Part shown: in pieces, positions 49,459 through 61,237 of the stretch
Numbering within the stretch: the stretch's first letter is position 1
How the letters are laid out: each line of letters opens with the position of its first letter
Assembly (NCBI GenBank): GCA_011109175.1
Contig: RDEW01000012.1
Location: forward strand, 138,525-202,524
Source of the DNA: Dicyema japonicum
Taxonomy: Eukaryota > Animalia > Dicyemida
Direction of reading: 5' to 3'
Length of the DNA: 64,000 nucleotides
Position numbers and translations under genes: made by a program
Notes under the pieces: generated by a model
Database searches by the model: none
Told to the model about the DNA's origin: nothing
What the model saw: only the letters and a program-made list of their open reading frames with translations

Positions 49459-49462
49459 AACT

Positions 49463-51124
49463 ATGACGCAGTTTGTGGTAGTACAGGGTTTGGTCACAAA
49501 TATTTAATATAGTGGGACAGTGTGGCAATCAGATTGGGTGGAGATTTTGGGATCAAATTCTCTCAGAACATGCATTTCATAATAAAGTTATTTTGGTAAC
49601 ATTATGAAGAAAGGTAAATATGACAGCGCACTGCAAAGTTTTTTCATTAATGAATCATCATGTAATAAGAGAATAGACTCCATTAAAGCACGAGTGGAGT
49701 TTATATATTATTTGTAGGCCGTTTTGGTGGATATGGAACAGGGAGTACTGAACGAATTAATGAACAGCAGTCTGGGAGAGTTATTTGACAATACACAGTT
49801 AATATCTGATGTCTCAGGAAGTGGAAATAACTGGTTTGCTTATTATTTAATATTTAAGGGCTACGGGGCATTGTTACTATGGAACAAAATACAAAAGTCA
49901 ATTGAGTCAGGTGTTACACAAAGCAGCAGAAAAATGTCCTTTCCTTAATGCTTTTTTTGTTATTTTTTCAATGGGTGAGGCACTGGATCTGGAGTAGGGA
50001 CAGCAATTTTAGAAATAATGAAAGAAGAATTCCCCAAAGTTTACAGGTCAATGGTATACATTACCTTGACAGATTTGTAATCTCAGTATTTCCTTCTGGA
50101 GACGATGATGTGATCACTTCTCCATATAATACAGTCATGGGATTACGTATTATCACAGATGTTGCTGATTGTTGTTTTCCTGTAGAAAATCAAGTTTTCA
50201 TAATTATTTTTATGACAGGCTCTTCACAACATTGTAGCAAGTCTAGAAAAAGTTGTAGGAAAACAGCAAGCACGGGAACTTTACTTCGTTCATCTCCTAA
50301 TATTAGACTAAACTCACTGCGGACAAGCAATAAAACTGGTGAAACTAAACCATTTGATGAAATGAATAACATTGTGGCATCCCTTCTAGTAGACCTTACT
50401 TGGTTGATATTATAAATTGTAATGTTAGTTCTGCTCGATTTGAGGGATCCCTTAATGTTGATATTAATGAAATATGCATGAATTTGATCCCATATCCCCG
50501 TCTTCATTACATAACAACAGCATCTTCCCCTTTGTATGCCATAAAATCTGGGTCCTTGATCCCAAGAAGGTTTTATAATTATAAAATATTGTTTCATAGA
50601 ATTGACGAGCTTTTTAACGACGTCCTTGGACGTGGAACTCCCTGGTAATATCTGACCATATGACAAACTTCAATTTACTCATGGCAGGAGCTCTTTTGGG
50701 TCGGGGATCGTTGTGTATTGACGACATGATAAGGAATGTCACAAGGTTTATAATTATGGCTGCAAAATAGAACAACAAATAAAAATAAATTTGTGATATG
50801 GAACCCCAATGGATGGAAAATTGGTCTTTGTGGTGCCAGACCTGTGAATATGGATTATTCGCTGTTATTTTTGGCTAATAAAACTTCAATCCACTCATCA
50901 TTCGAATATCACCACTCAAGATTTGTCAAATTGTACAATAGAAAGGTATTGCAGATAATTTATTATAGGCCCACCTTCATCACTACCTTGGAGTAGAAGG
51001 TGTCGAAATGAACGATTTTGAAGAAGCTCAATGTTCAATGGTAGACCTTATAAATCAATATACTAATATTGAATCACTTAGTGGGGACACTGCATCTATT
51101 CCTATGAGATTGAAAGTATTCTAA
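49463..51124 (+). CDS. TUBE1: Epsilon-tubulin, 11 exons; three 1-nt deletions in this sequence
   Basis: MTQFVVVQVGQCGNQIG, AVLVDMEQGV, SGSGNNWA, FPSGDDDVITSPYN, KPFDEMNNIVA, SARFEGSLNVDINEI, AHLHHY are epsilon-type motifs. Ten GT-AG introns of 23-30 nt. Confidence 0.93.
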
Positions 51125-51479
51125 TATAAGCTTTGTGTACAAATTTGTTATTAAATTAATCCATTTATGATAGCCTTAGTTCTTTCAATCTGCACTAGAT
51201 TACTAAAATGCACTCGAAATTAACCACATTTTGAAAAGAAAAAAATTTCTAAGAAAAAATCCTATTCTCCTTATTATTGGCCAATTTTTAATTTAATTTT
51301 AATACGAATTGAAAAAAATACAAATTTAATTAACCTCTTCCAATTCCTCTTCTCTTAGACTCTGTACTCGTCTTACTTTTAAGAAAAGACTCAAATTGTT
51401 AATTATAAAAAAATGATGCTATTTTGTGTCAACAGTTAGCTGATAGATTCTCAAACATGTTTCGATAGACAATATCGAG

Positions 51480-51800
51480 AGAATCAATAAATAATCTTTT
51501 ACTGAAGAAAGATGATATTTTGAAAGATTCAAAAAATTGTCAATCGTCTTCTAAAGCTGCACATAAACCAAAGTTTCCAAAGCTTGAAGATAAGTTGGTA
51601 GAATGGATGGAGGTAAGAGATACGAAAAGAGATACAGATTCAGAATGCTTAAGTTGCCAACAGATAAATCTGTCGACATTTAATCACTTCTTGTAAAATT
51701 TAAAGAAATTTAAAAGCATATTTACCCGACCAAATCTATAATCTGGATGAAACTGGATTATACTCTTTTTAATAAAATGGCTTATGAAGACGAATCCGAA
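51480..51800 (+). mobile_element. pogo/Tigger relic
   Basis: KPKFPKLEDKLVEWM and QIYNLDETGLY. Confidence 0.65.
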
Positions 51801-51974
51801 GATACAATCAAGAATTTTTCAGTTTTAAATAAGTTCAATAACGAAAATCTTTTGAATTGGTATTAATGAAGAGCAATCAGAAAACAGACATTTTCGATCC
51901 TCTAAAAATTGAGAATTTTTAAAATGAAAATTTTTTAGAAGATTCAGAAAATAGTGAACATGGATCGGAAAAAT

Positions 51975-52500
51975 AAGACCTGTAGACAGGATAAAGAAGA
52001 TCTTTGAGGGACTCCGATGGCAAGAGACGTAAAATGGATTTCAGTCCTCCGAGGCATAAACGCCCCTTCGTCCACTTAGGAAGTTGGTGATCCAAAGCTT
52101 GAGTTTCCCTGAGAACTCCGATTGAAATATTTTTTTCGACAGTGTCTTCTTACCTCTGGACCCTGAGCTCTTGGCCTTTATTTCATCATTCAATGCTCTA
52201 TCCGGAGTTTCATTTCCAAGGTGATCCTGTTAGATTTTTTGAGTTAATTTCTTTCTTTAATCAAGGCCAATTTATCACGGCAACTCGACGAATTTAATGG
52301 ATGTTTGGGATATAGCCATTGATCTTGCTTCTAAGATTATTTGGGTAAGTACCTGATCGCTTTATACAGAGAACTGAAACTATCCAAGTAACGATTCTTC
52401 ACTTTATCTTCTGAGATTGCCCAATACAATCCCTAGTCAGCACCTTTGTAATTATAGCTGCTAGGAATTCTTCTTACGTTAACCTCTCTTTTGATCTTCA
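51975..52500 (-). mobile_element. Internally deleted copy of the 5200-7080 LINE family
   Basis: KIFQSEFSGKLKLWITNFLSGRRG..GGLKSILRLLP versus KIFQSEIPGKLKLWITNFLSGKRR in ORF 5834-6277. Confidence 0.75.
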
Positions 52501-52539
52501 CAATCGAATTATGATTGCTTCTTGTTTTGTAAAGACTGA

Positions 52540-53165
52540 CCTAACAATTTTCGAAGAAAGTGATGAGGAGCAGAGTTACGTCGAACGAGGTAGGCTGAGT
52601 GATATTGTTTTATTTTCCTTGTATTTTTGAATGGTTCGTTAAATATCGTTAGGACAGAGGTTTTCATAAAATAATCCACACACATTAAAAAAAAAATTAA
52701 ATTTTTCTCCGGATACGTAAAAGTGAGGACAAAAATTGGTAATTTAATGGACAAATTTTTATTAATTTCGAATAGTTGACAACGCCACTCGCATTTCTGC
52801 ATCAATGTTTTTTAAATTTTCCCTTTGATTGTATTTCATATTATGCAACGTAGAAAAAAACTGTTCACATAAATATGTCGTTGAAAATTGTAAAATAATC
52901 GTCAGTCCTTGTGTAGACGACTTCTGGGAATCTACTAGCTAAAACGGATGACCAACGATGAGCTCTACAGAATCACTCAAACAGCACAGATCGGGAATAA
53001 AATAACTTGGGCAAAATGGCAGCTCTTTGGACATATCGTAAGAACTTCGGAAATGGCACGGCCAATCATGCCATGGAATCATACTTTTCTATATTAAACA
53101 AAGTAACGCATCGAGGTCGACAAAGAACAACGTTGCCGTCGACGGTGGACAAAACTCACTTGCAT
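52540..53165 (+). mobile_element. RTE C-terminal remnant
   Basis: WQLFGHIVR and HAMESYF..RGRQRTTLP. Confidence 0.6.
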
Positions 53166-53339
53166 AAAAAGAAAACTGAAAACAAAAGAGGATCTGGATG
53201 ATCTGAGGTAAGTTGCGAGAAACAGGAAAGGATAAAAACGACTCCAGAGATGCATGGCGAACATGGAATCTCAAATTAGTTAACTTTTCTGGTTCCGCTG
53301 ACATTGCTAATAATAATTTTGTAGATAATCTGGGATATA

Positions 53340-53550
53340 TGTTTCAGACATAGCACTTCTGAGAAAGCATAGAAAGTTAATTATTAGTGATCCCAGACCG
53401 ACAAAGGTGAATTAGGTCTCCCTTGTGCCGTATTCCGAATCATCGTCTGAGTCAGCCTCGACCATGATCTTCTGTGCTACTCTAGATCTATGGGTCGTCG
53501 AGATCGTCCGCCGAAAGGTCTTCATTCAAGATAGTCGTAAGCCAGTCTTG
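53340..53550 (-). mobile_element. LINE 3' fragment with GGGATCAC tail
   Basis: Plus strand AAAGTTAATTATTAGTGATCCCAG resembles the tails at 25420 and 60110. Confidence 0.5.
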
Positions 53551-53556
53551 ATAGGT

Positions 53557-53720
53557 TTATTATTATTAGCACTTTCACTAGAACCATAATATTTGTTGCC
53601 CCGCATGTGCAACAAAAAATATAAGAGAAAGAGTTAGCTTGCTCCAGGCATTTCTGTTCTTAGCAAGATTTCTCAGTGTGTCCATGTCGTCAGCAGATCC
53701 CAATGTTTTCTAGGTTAGGC
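53557..53720 (-). mobile_element. RTE 3' end with (TAA)n tail
   Basis: LGSADDMDTLRNLAKNRNAWSKL followed by GTTGCACATGC (also at 56714) and TAATAATAAT. Confidence 0.75.
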
Positions 53721-53789
53721 ACAACAATTAAAACAATTTATAATAAAGTTAAAACCTATAAATGTATTATTAATCAAACAATAAGTAAA

Positions 53790-56755
53790 AATGGTTGAGA
53801 TAGTGACGTCCTTTTTGAAAAGTATGTCTGAAAAACACGAAAATTGCAACCTAAATGACTTCTTTCTTTTAACGTTCAATGTCAGAGGACTCTCTAGTGC
53901 ATGGAAAAGAAAAGAACTTTGTGAAGACCTTTCAAAATACAAGATATCAGTCGGATGTCTCCAAGAGACAAAAATATCGAAGGAGTTTGAAGAACAACAT
54001 GGATAGTTTAAGTTAATCTTTCTCTCTGGGGGATCAAAACATTACGGACTCGGATTTGCTGTAAGAAAGGACCTACTCCGGCTCATATACCGTTATTGGA
54101 CAATCAATGAAAGGATCGGGATTCTACAAATAACATTGGACGATTATAACTCTTCGAAGAGTTATCTTACTATTATTAACGCATATGCTCCACATAGTGG
54201 ATGGATCAATAAGAAACCCGAGGAAATTGACGACTTTTATGCGAATCTGTCTGATGTTTATTCCAATTATGCAAATTCCACATTAATATTGATTGCCGGT
54301 GATCTTAATGCAAAAGCTGGAAGTCGAATCACTATAGAAGAAGCATTCATTGGAAGACATGGAAGGGGAAAAAGGAACATTGCAGGAACCTTGTTAGCTA
54401 GCTTTTGTCAAGCAAATAATCTATTCCTTTGTAACACGGCCTTTATGCACTCAGCAAGACACAGGACAACTTGGTCAGGCAATAGAACTAAGTCTGACGG
54501 AAGCATTGCGAAAATCTACAATCAAATAGACTACATTATTTGCAGACAAAAAGACCGCAGTATTGTCACTGATGCCCGTGCTTATGGAGGGTCTATAATT
54601 GACAGCGATCACAAGATGGTTATTGCCAAAATGTCCATAAAGAAACTTATGGGTTTGCAAGGGATGAAAAGAAAGTGCAATGGACACACGGAACTGCGGG
54701 GGAAGGGATACGTTTTAGACCATCTAAAGAACAATACTATCCAGGGAGAGGAATTCAGAAAATACCTCGATGAGGGATTGGAAGAAATATCAGTAGATTT
54801 GGCACCGCAAATTGCGTGGACCTTGGTCAAACAGAAGATCATGATTGCTGCGGATATATACCTGAAAGAGGACTACGTAACTAAAACACCCACTGAAGAA
54901 GCAACCGCTTTGAAACTCCTTGCAAATCAACAAAAGGCGATATGGATACAATGTCTAAATACAGATGACAAAAATACGAAACAGCGGCTACAAAAGGAAA
55001 GAACAGTCATCAAAAAGAAAATAAGAAAAGCTGCACGTCGGATATTAAAGAACGAAACAATAACAAAAATAGAGAAAATCGAAGGCCTTAAAGACAATGC
55101 GAAGTTTTATGAAGCTGTCGGACAAATCAGAAAACTACCAAGGAAAACACTGATTTTACGAGATGAAGAAGGAAAACATATTGCTAACCAACAAGAAATT
55201 GCAGAACTTATAGCGGATTATTTTGAAGCACAATTCGTATCAAAAAATAGCAAAAAACTCACAATTAACACGGATCAGGGAAAATTAGACGAAGAAATAA
55301 CTTTGTAAGAAGTGATAACAGCAAGTTCAAACTGAAAAACAATAAGAGGTCCGGCCTAGATGGCTTAAATGGTGAATTTTTAAAATATGGAACTAAAAGC
55401 TATACAAAATAATTGCCTGGATTCTAAACGAAACGTACAGTAGAGGAGTCACTTTGCTACTTGGAGAAGGACTATTGATACCAGTACAGAAGCCAAATAA
55501 AAAAGCGGGGAAAGGTGAGAACCTAAAACCAGTGATTTATCCAACACATTGCGGAAGATATTAGCCAATATTACGGTTTAAAAAATGGAAAAACGACTAG
55601 AATCGTACCTGTCGGCTTATCGAAGTGGCTTCCGCAAAGAGAGATCTACGTCAGATGTTATATGGAGCCATAAATAGAGAAGTGCGACTGTTCAATAAAT
55701 TAAAATAACGACAACCATTCTGGGGATTGATATGTCAAAGGCCTTTGATTCCGTCAACAGGAACAAGCTTCTGCAAATACTAGAGCACTTCTTGGAGGCT
55801 CAACGATTAGGATGGTAAGACACTCTTGACGGACACGAGTTTGATGGTCAGGACTGGGAAAGCTTTATCGAGGACATTTGAAACGACAATTGGTACCCCT
55901 CAAGGAGATCCATTATCCCCGATTTTGTTCATTATTTATCTGGAGGCAGCTCTACGAGACTTGAAGTCTCATATCAGAGAAGGAACGACATAATAGCATA
56001 TGCGGACGACGTGGACTTTATTTCGAATAACAAAGAAGAGTTAATTGCACTTTTGGAGAAAATGCCTGATAAAATGGCTGAGTGGTCATTAAAAGTAAAC
56101 ACAAACAAAACCGAAATCACGGAGCTAAAAAGAAGTGAGGAAAGGACCGACGAGCACTGGCGTAGATAAAAAAACTAGGATCCCTTCTCGGTGACACAGA
56201 AGATATAACACGAAGGAAGACATTAACTAATGTCGCTTTTAACAAAATGAATTAGACCTGGCTTCTGCACAAAGGGCTTGACCCTAAAACTCGAATGAGA
56301 CTATACAATGCCATAGTGAGGCCAATTTTATTATATAATGCCGGTACATGGGCATGTACAGGGCAGGAACTCGAAAAGTTGAATTCTTTTCACAGAAATC
56401 ATCTCCGAGCACTCCTTTCTTCTCTAAGCTTTTTCAAAATGCCGTCCGAAATCTTATACAAGAGAACAGGAACTAAGCCAATATCATGTGATATTACTGA
56501 TTCAAGATGGAGGCTCTTTGGACACATACTCCGCCACGATATGGGGACCCCTGCCAACATAGCAATGGAGGAGTATTTTGTCTTAAAAGCTTCTCGTTTC
56601 CGCGGCCGGCCGAGGACAACACTACCGGTTATTCTAGATGAAGATCTATGCTACGGAACATGGCAACGGATCGAAAAAGATGGGCGACGTTAATTAGATT
56701 GTTAACTTTTCGTGTTGCACATGCTTTGTATAATAAAAAATAAGTAAAAGTAATT
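53790..56755 (+). mobile_element. Near full-length RTE-clade LINE (single APE-RT ORF, disrupted)
   Basis: TFNVRGL, CLQETK, NAYAP, GDLNAK, NQIDY, SDHKMV, IDMSKAFDSV, GTPQGDPLSP, YADDVDF, RWRLFGHILR, RGRPRTTLP; 390-aa open stretch but several stops and frameshifts. Confidence 0.93.
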
Positions 56756-56759
56756 ATTT

Positions 56760-57200
56760 TATAACCCCCGTCTAACTCAATCTTCCCTTCTTGGGCCCAA
56801 TCCCCAGGCGTGTTCACGTCCCTGCATACCCTACATTCAGAAAGCAAGCACTTGAAATTGGCAATGGACGTGTCCCGAATCTCAAGTTAAAAGCTTTCGT
56901 AATCAGAGGCCACCCAACCACCAAGGAATCCTCTTGAATCTTGATTTTGCAGAATCAACGACTTCCACAGCCCACTATTTCCGATCCACAGTGTGAACTT
57001 TGTCAACTATACATTGCAGAGAGATGTTCTTTAAGGTCAGCATTGACAACTTGTTGCGTTTTGGGAAGTCATCGACCACATTCTCTACGGTCCTTTTGTT
57101 GTTTCTTTTAGTAATTTTTGTAGCTAGGTCGTTTTTCTTTTCCTATCTTTCCAAGATTCAAGTTTATATACGATTTCGGATGTGGTACAGAAAAACATTT
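56760..57200 (-). mobile_element. Probable LINE 3' remnant
   Basis: Ends GGGGTTATAAAAT like other tails; weak similarity to LINE C-termini in this window. Confidence 0.35.
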
Positions 57201-57749
57201 TTTAATTTGAATTGACTCATGAAAATGTTGACATTAAGGACGTTTTTAATATTATTCAAGTTTATCCAAATTTATTAAATATTACAATAAAAAGGGTTGT
57301 TTCATCAGAAAGAATCCTTTACTTCCATTTTCCGCGAGTGAGGTCAAAACATTCACACTCTTGTTTTATGGTGACTCAGATTTGCTACATTTGCTATTTA
57401 TGACAGGATTTATAAAAAAATAAGGTTTCTCAACCTCCTGGAGTCAATAGCACAACTATTTATAACATACACTTAAAAAATTAATAAACTAGATCGCATA
57501 AATTTTCACAACGTCCTAAATACTTGATTTTGGAGAATTTACTGCAATCATAAATAGTCCAGAGTCTTTAAGGTTGGGTTTTTCCCAAATATAGTCATTT
57601 TATGCATACAAGTGATAGATAAACGTTACTCTAATTTTTTTTTTAAATAATTTCTAGTAATGGATACTTGGAGGGATTTGATTGTAATTTCATCTTTTTT
57701 TGGTTGAGGTGGTGACGACACCTCTATTGGACTATGTCTTATTCGTATT

Positions 57750-59200
57750 CCTTACCGACTTCTCCGTTTACTCTGGGATCTATCGAGCGACTGTCTTCTT
57801 TGGCCTTTAGTTCTCTAAAAGAAAAGTTGGAAAAAGTAGTTAGTTCTTTAATTCTACGTCACAGCCCTATAAATGCTGGAGAAGTTGAAAATACGGTAAA
57901 ATGCACTAAAGACAATGCTCCTGGAAAGGATAAGATCGCTATTTGTTTATTCAAGGAAACACCCAAGGTACTCTATGAATATCTGGGATGTCTCTATACG
58001 TGCAGTATCAAGTTGGGTCATATACCTTTCGCATTGGAAATTGACGGAGGTCAGGATGATACGTAAATCTGGGAAACCTGGGTACAGGCCCATAAGCTTA
58101 TACCAACGATCTCAAGAGTTATGGAAAGAATTGTATTCAACAGAATTTTCGAAAATATAGTACGTAATGATATACTAAAGGATCATCAGTGGGGTTTTCG
58201 AAAAGATCGGTCTTGTGGAGATTGTTTGTACAGTGTTAACGCGTCAATTGTGAAGGCTTTGGAAACTAAAGGGTGTTTGACCGCAGTCTGACTTTAGATA
58301 TCCAAAGCTTTCGACAGTGTGTGGCATCTTGGTCTTTTTATTTGTCTTGCGAATTGTGCCATTAAAAAAAAACTCTATTTTTGGATAATAGATTTGTTAT
58401 CAGATAGACGGTCAATTGTTAATTTTTTTAACTATGAATTTCGTAAAATTTGGTTGAGAAGAAGTGTGCCTTAGGATTCTGTGCTCAGTTTTATATTATT
58501 TAACATTGTAATGAGTGAATTGCCTTCCCCAGAAAACCCACGTACAGAAATTTTGATATACGATGATGACGTCATAATTTATGATTTTTCTTTAAACTCT
58601 TTGGTATCTGAGAAACGATTGAAGACGTACATGGACAAGATTGAAGAGTGGTGCAATGAAAATTTCCTTTCGGTGGCACGTGAGAATTCTGATATGCTGG
58701 GGATAACTGGAAACAGGAGGATGGCTAACCTAAAGAGCTTGTTACAAGACATACTTCGGAAGAAGAGTATAAAATACCTTGGCCTCCTAATTGACGAGGA
58801 GGGTAATTTTGTGGAACATGCTAAAATACGAAAGAAAAAAGCTACGAACGATCTTTACTGCGTTAGAAAATTAAAGCTCGAGCCGGAGACCTTTGTTTAT
58901 GTCTTCAACACTGCGATACTACCTGCAATGTTATACAGTTTAGAAGGATGGTACGATTCGAATAAGATGGACTCTATCCTCAAGAAATTTGAGAAAACAC
59001 GAAATTTTGCTCTAAGCTTGCTTACGGGATAAGTCCTCGTATGTCAATTCCTCTATGGTTGGAAGGAAAAATGTGCAAGGTTGGTGGAACTATCGAAAAT
59101 CTTATTCGAGGTTTCAAAAATCGCACTAAAGTATCTGGCTCATATCTTCAGAGATGACCCCGTGTTTACGGATTTTTTGGGGAGACTGTCGGGGTAGAAG
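57750..59200 (+). mobile_element. LINE ORF2 (RT and C-terminus), degenerate
   Basis: APGKDKI, YRPISL, HQWGFRK, LDISKAFDSVWH, IYDDDV, IKYLGLLID. Confidence 0.85.
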
Positions 59201-60059
59201 TCAGTTGGCATGCCGTTTCATATTACTTCCCCCATCACTTAATTTACAGTGCTATTTCTTTAAAATAATTTACTTGCGTTTGCATACTAAAAATTTGTTT
59301 TTTTATTAATATTTTTTGCCGAAAATATTGATGTGCGCTCTGCGCATGTCACATAATAAGAAAAGAGTATTTCGATGACAAGTATTTTTTCATAACCATT
59401 TTATCTTGAGTACTCTTTGCCTGTTGTTGAGTGATCCAAATGATATTTTTCATAGATTTATTAATTCTGATTTCAGTGATCTGAATCCACAAGAACCCAT
59501 TCTAAATAAAATTGTTCATTATATAAGAGAATACCCTCATGAAGCCAACAGAGATATATAAGAGGTTATTCTCTTTTTATGCTAAGATCGTTAAAGTCAA
59601 CAATAAATTTATTAAATAAACTTAGATTTTACTAATGTTGCTTATAAAAATAATAAATGTGAACTTTGATAACGAATTTGGTTTTGGGCTGTCTGGGAAT
59701 GTGCTAATTTAAGAACATTAAATCGTTATTTTTTATTTCAATAATAGCACGTGTATTTATGGGCATGTTAATTCCACATAACATTATCATGAAAATTGAG
59801 AATGTATGCTTACTATCCAATATGAAAGAGATTCATCACCATGCAGAGATTTTTGAAAGTAATTACAATGTTATCATTTTTATAATTTTAGAACTACATT
59901 TAAATTTATTTAAGTGATTCGTGTATTAACAAATATAATTATTTCGTTGGTAGATTCTAATATAACTCAGAAAACATTTCATATTGGTACATGTCGCGTT
60001 TGTAAGAACATCAATGAGTATAATGCCCTGATGAATATTTTAAAAGATGGAGAAATTAA

Positions 60060-60965
60060 CTATTTTTTTACCCCAAAATCACGGATTAGAAAAAGTTAAA
60101 AGTTAACTACTAATTAAGTGATCCCGGTTTTCCGGGTTCTGGCTTTCGTTCGGGTCCTCGAGGATCCAACAGAATTTGTAAAAACGGGGACGGTCTCATT
60201 CTCCATAGATTCCCCGCAATTTCTAGATAGTCAGATATAGAGAGTGAAAGCGGAAAGCCGGTTTTCATTGCCCACTGTAGAAATGACTTCACTCTTCACC
60301 TTATTTGTTCTTTAACATTCAATAAGTTATTCACGGTTTTCTTATTATTATTTTCAAGGCAGCAAGTTTTACGGCTTCTAATTTTTAAGACGACGATTCA
60401 GGAATCATCGAGCTCCAGGAAGGGCATGCGTATTCGATTACTGGCAGTATGTATTGTCTGTAAATTTTCTGTAGTAAGAAGGTGTTGTGCCCGATTGGTG
60501 ATCGGGACTAAATTATCAATATGTTGGTCCTTCTCCTGACCTTGGTAATAACGTCATTGACGTGTTGGCCGAATGTCAGGAGAGTATCCAACTTTATCCT
60601 AGTATTGTTGGAGATTTATTCATAGGAATTTCATATCCAAACAATTTGATTTTGGGAGAGTATAATGATCTTCTATATGCAGAGAAAATTGTTATAAATG
60701 ACTTTCCTGTAGAAACTTCCAGTCGATTTGATATGAGCCAATGTTCCAACATACCAATATAACTTTGAAGTTTCATCCCTGCCTTTATCATAGTTAGAGT
60801 CTCTCGTCGCAAGAACAATGTCATCTGCGTACGTATCGGGATCATCATTGGTGAGAAGGTTATTGGTGTACAAGTTGAAGAGCAGGGGAGAGAGAAGTGA
60901 ACCTTTAGGGACAATATTCGGCAATAAACGGGATTTAGATTTTCTGTTGTCCGACATCACTTGTC
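60060..60965 (-). mobile_element. Ingi/Vingi-like LINE 3' half with tail
   Basis: SRLLPNIVPKGSLLSPLLFNLYT, TYADDIVL; tail GGGATCAC..GTGATTTTGGGG. Confidence 0.75.
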
Positions 60966-61237
60966 CTCTTAACTATGTTTTCCAGGTCGTAAAAAATATT
61001 GTATGATTAAAAATCCACACATTTTATTATCATTAATGGAAGATAATACAAAAAACGTAAATAACACACTTGTCATCGTATCTTACAATAATGAAATAAT
61101 CGAAAAAGCTTCATGAAAGAACACATTAGGGACAAACAACACCGTCTTAACCGTAAATTATTCTGCTTCTACCAACAATATTCTTATCTTTTCCCTGTGT
61201 TGCTCTCGAGAACTGACACATTTTCGATATCAATAAG

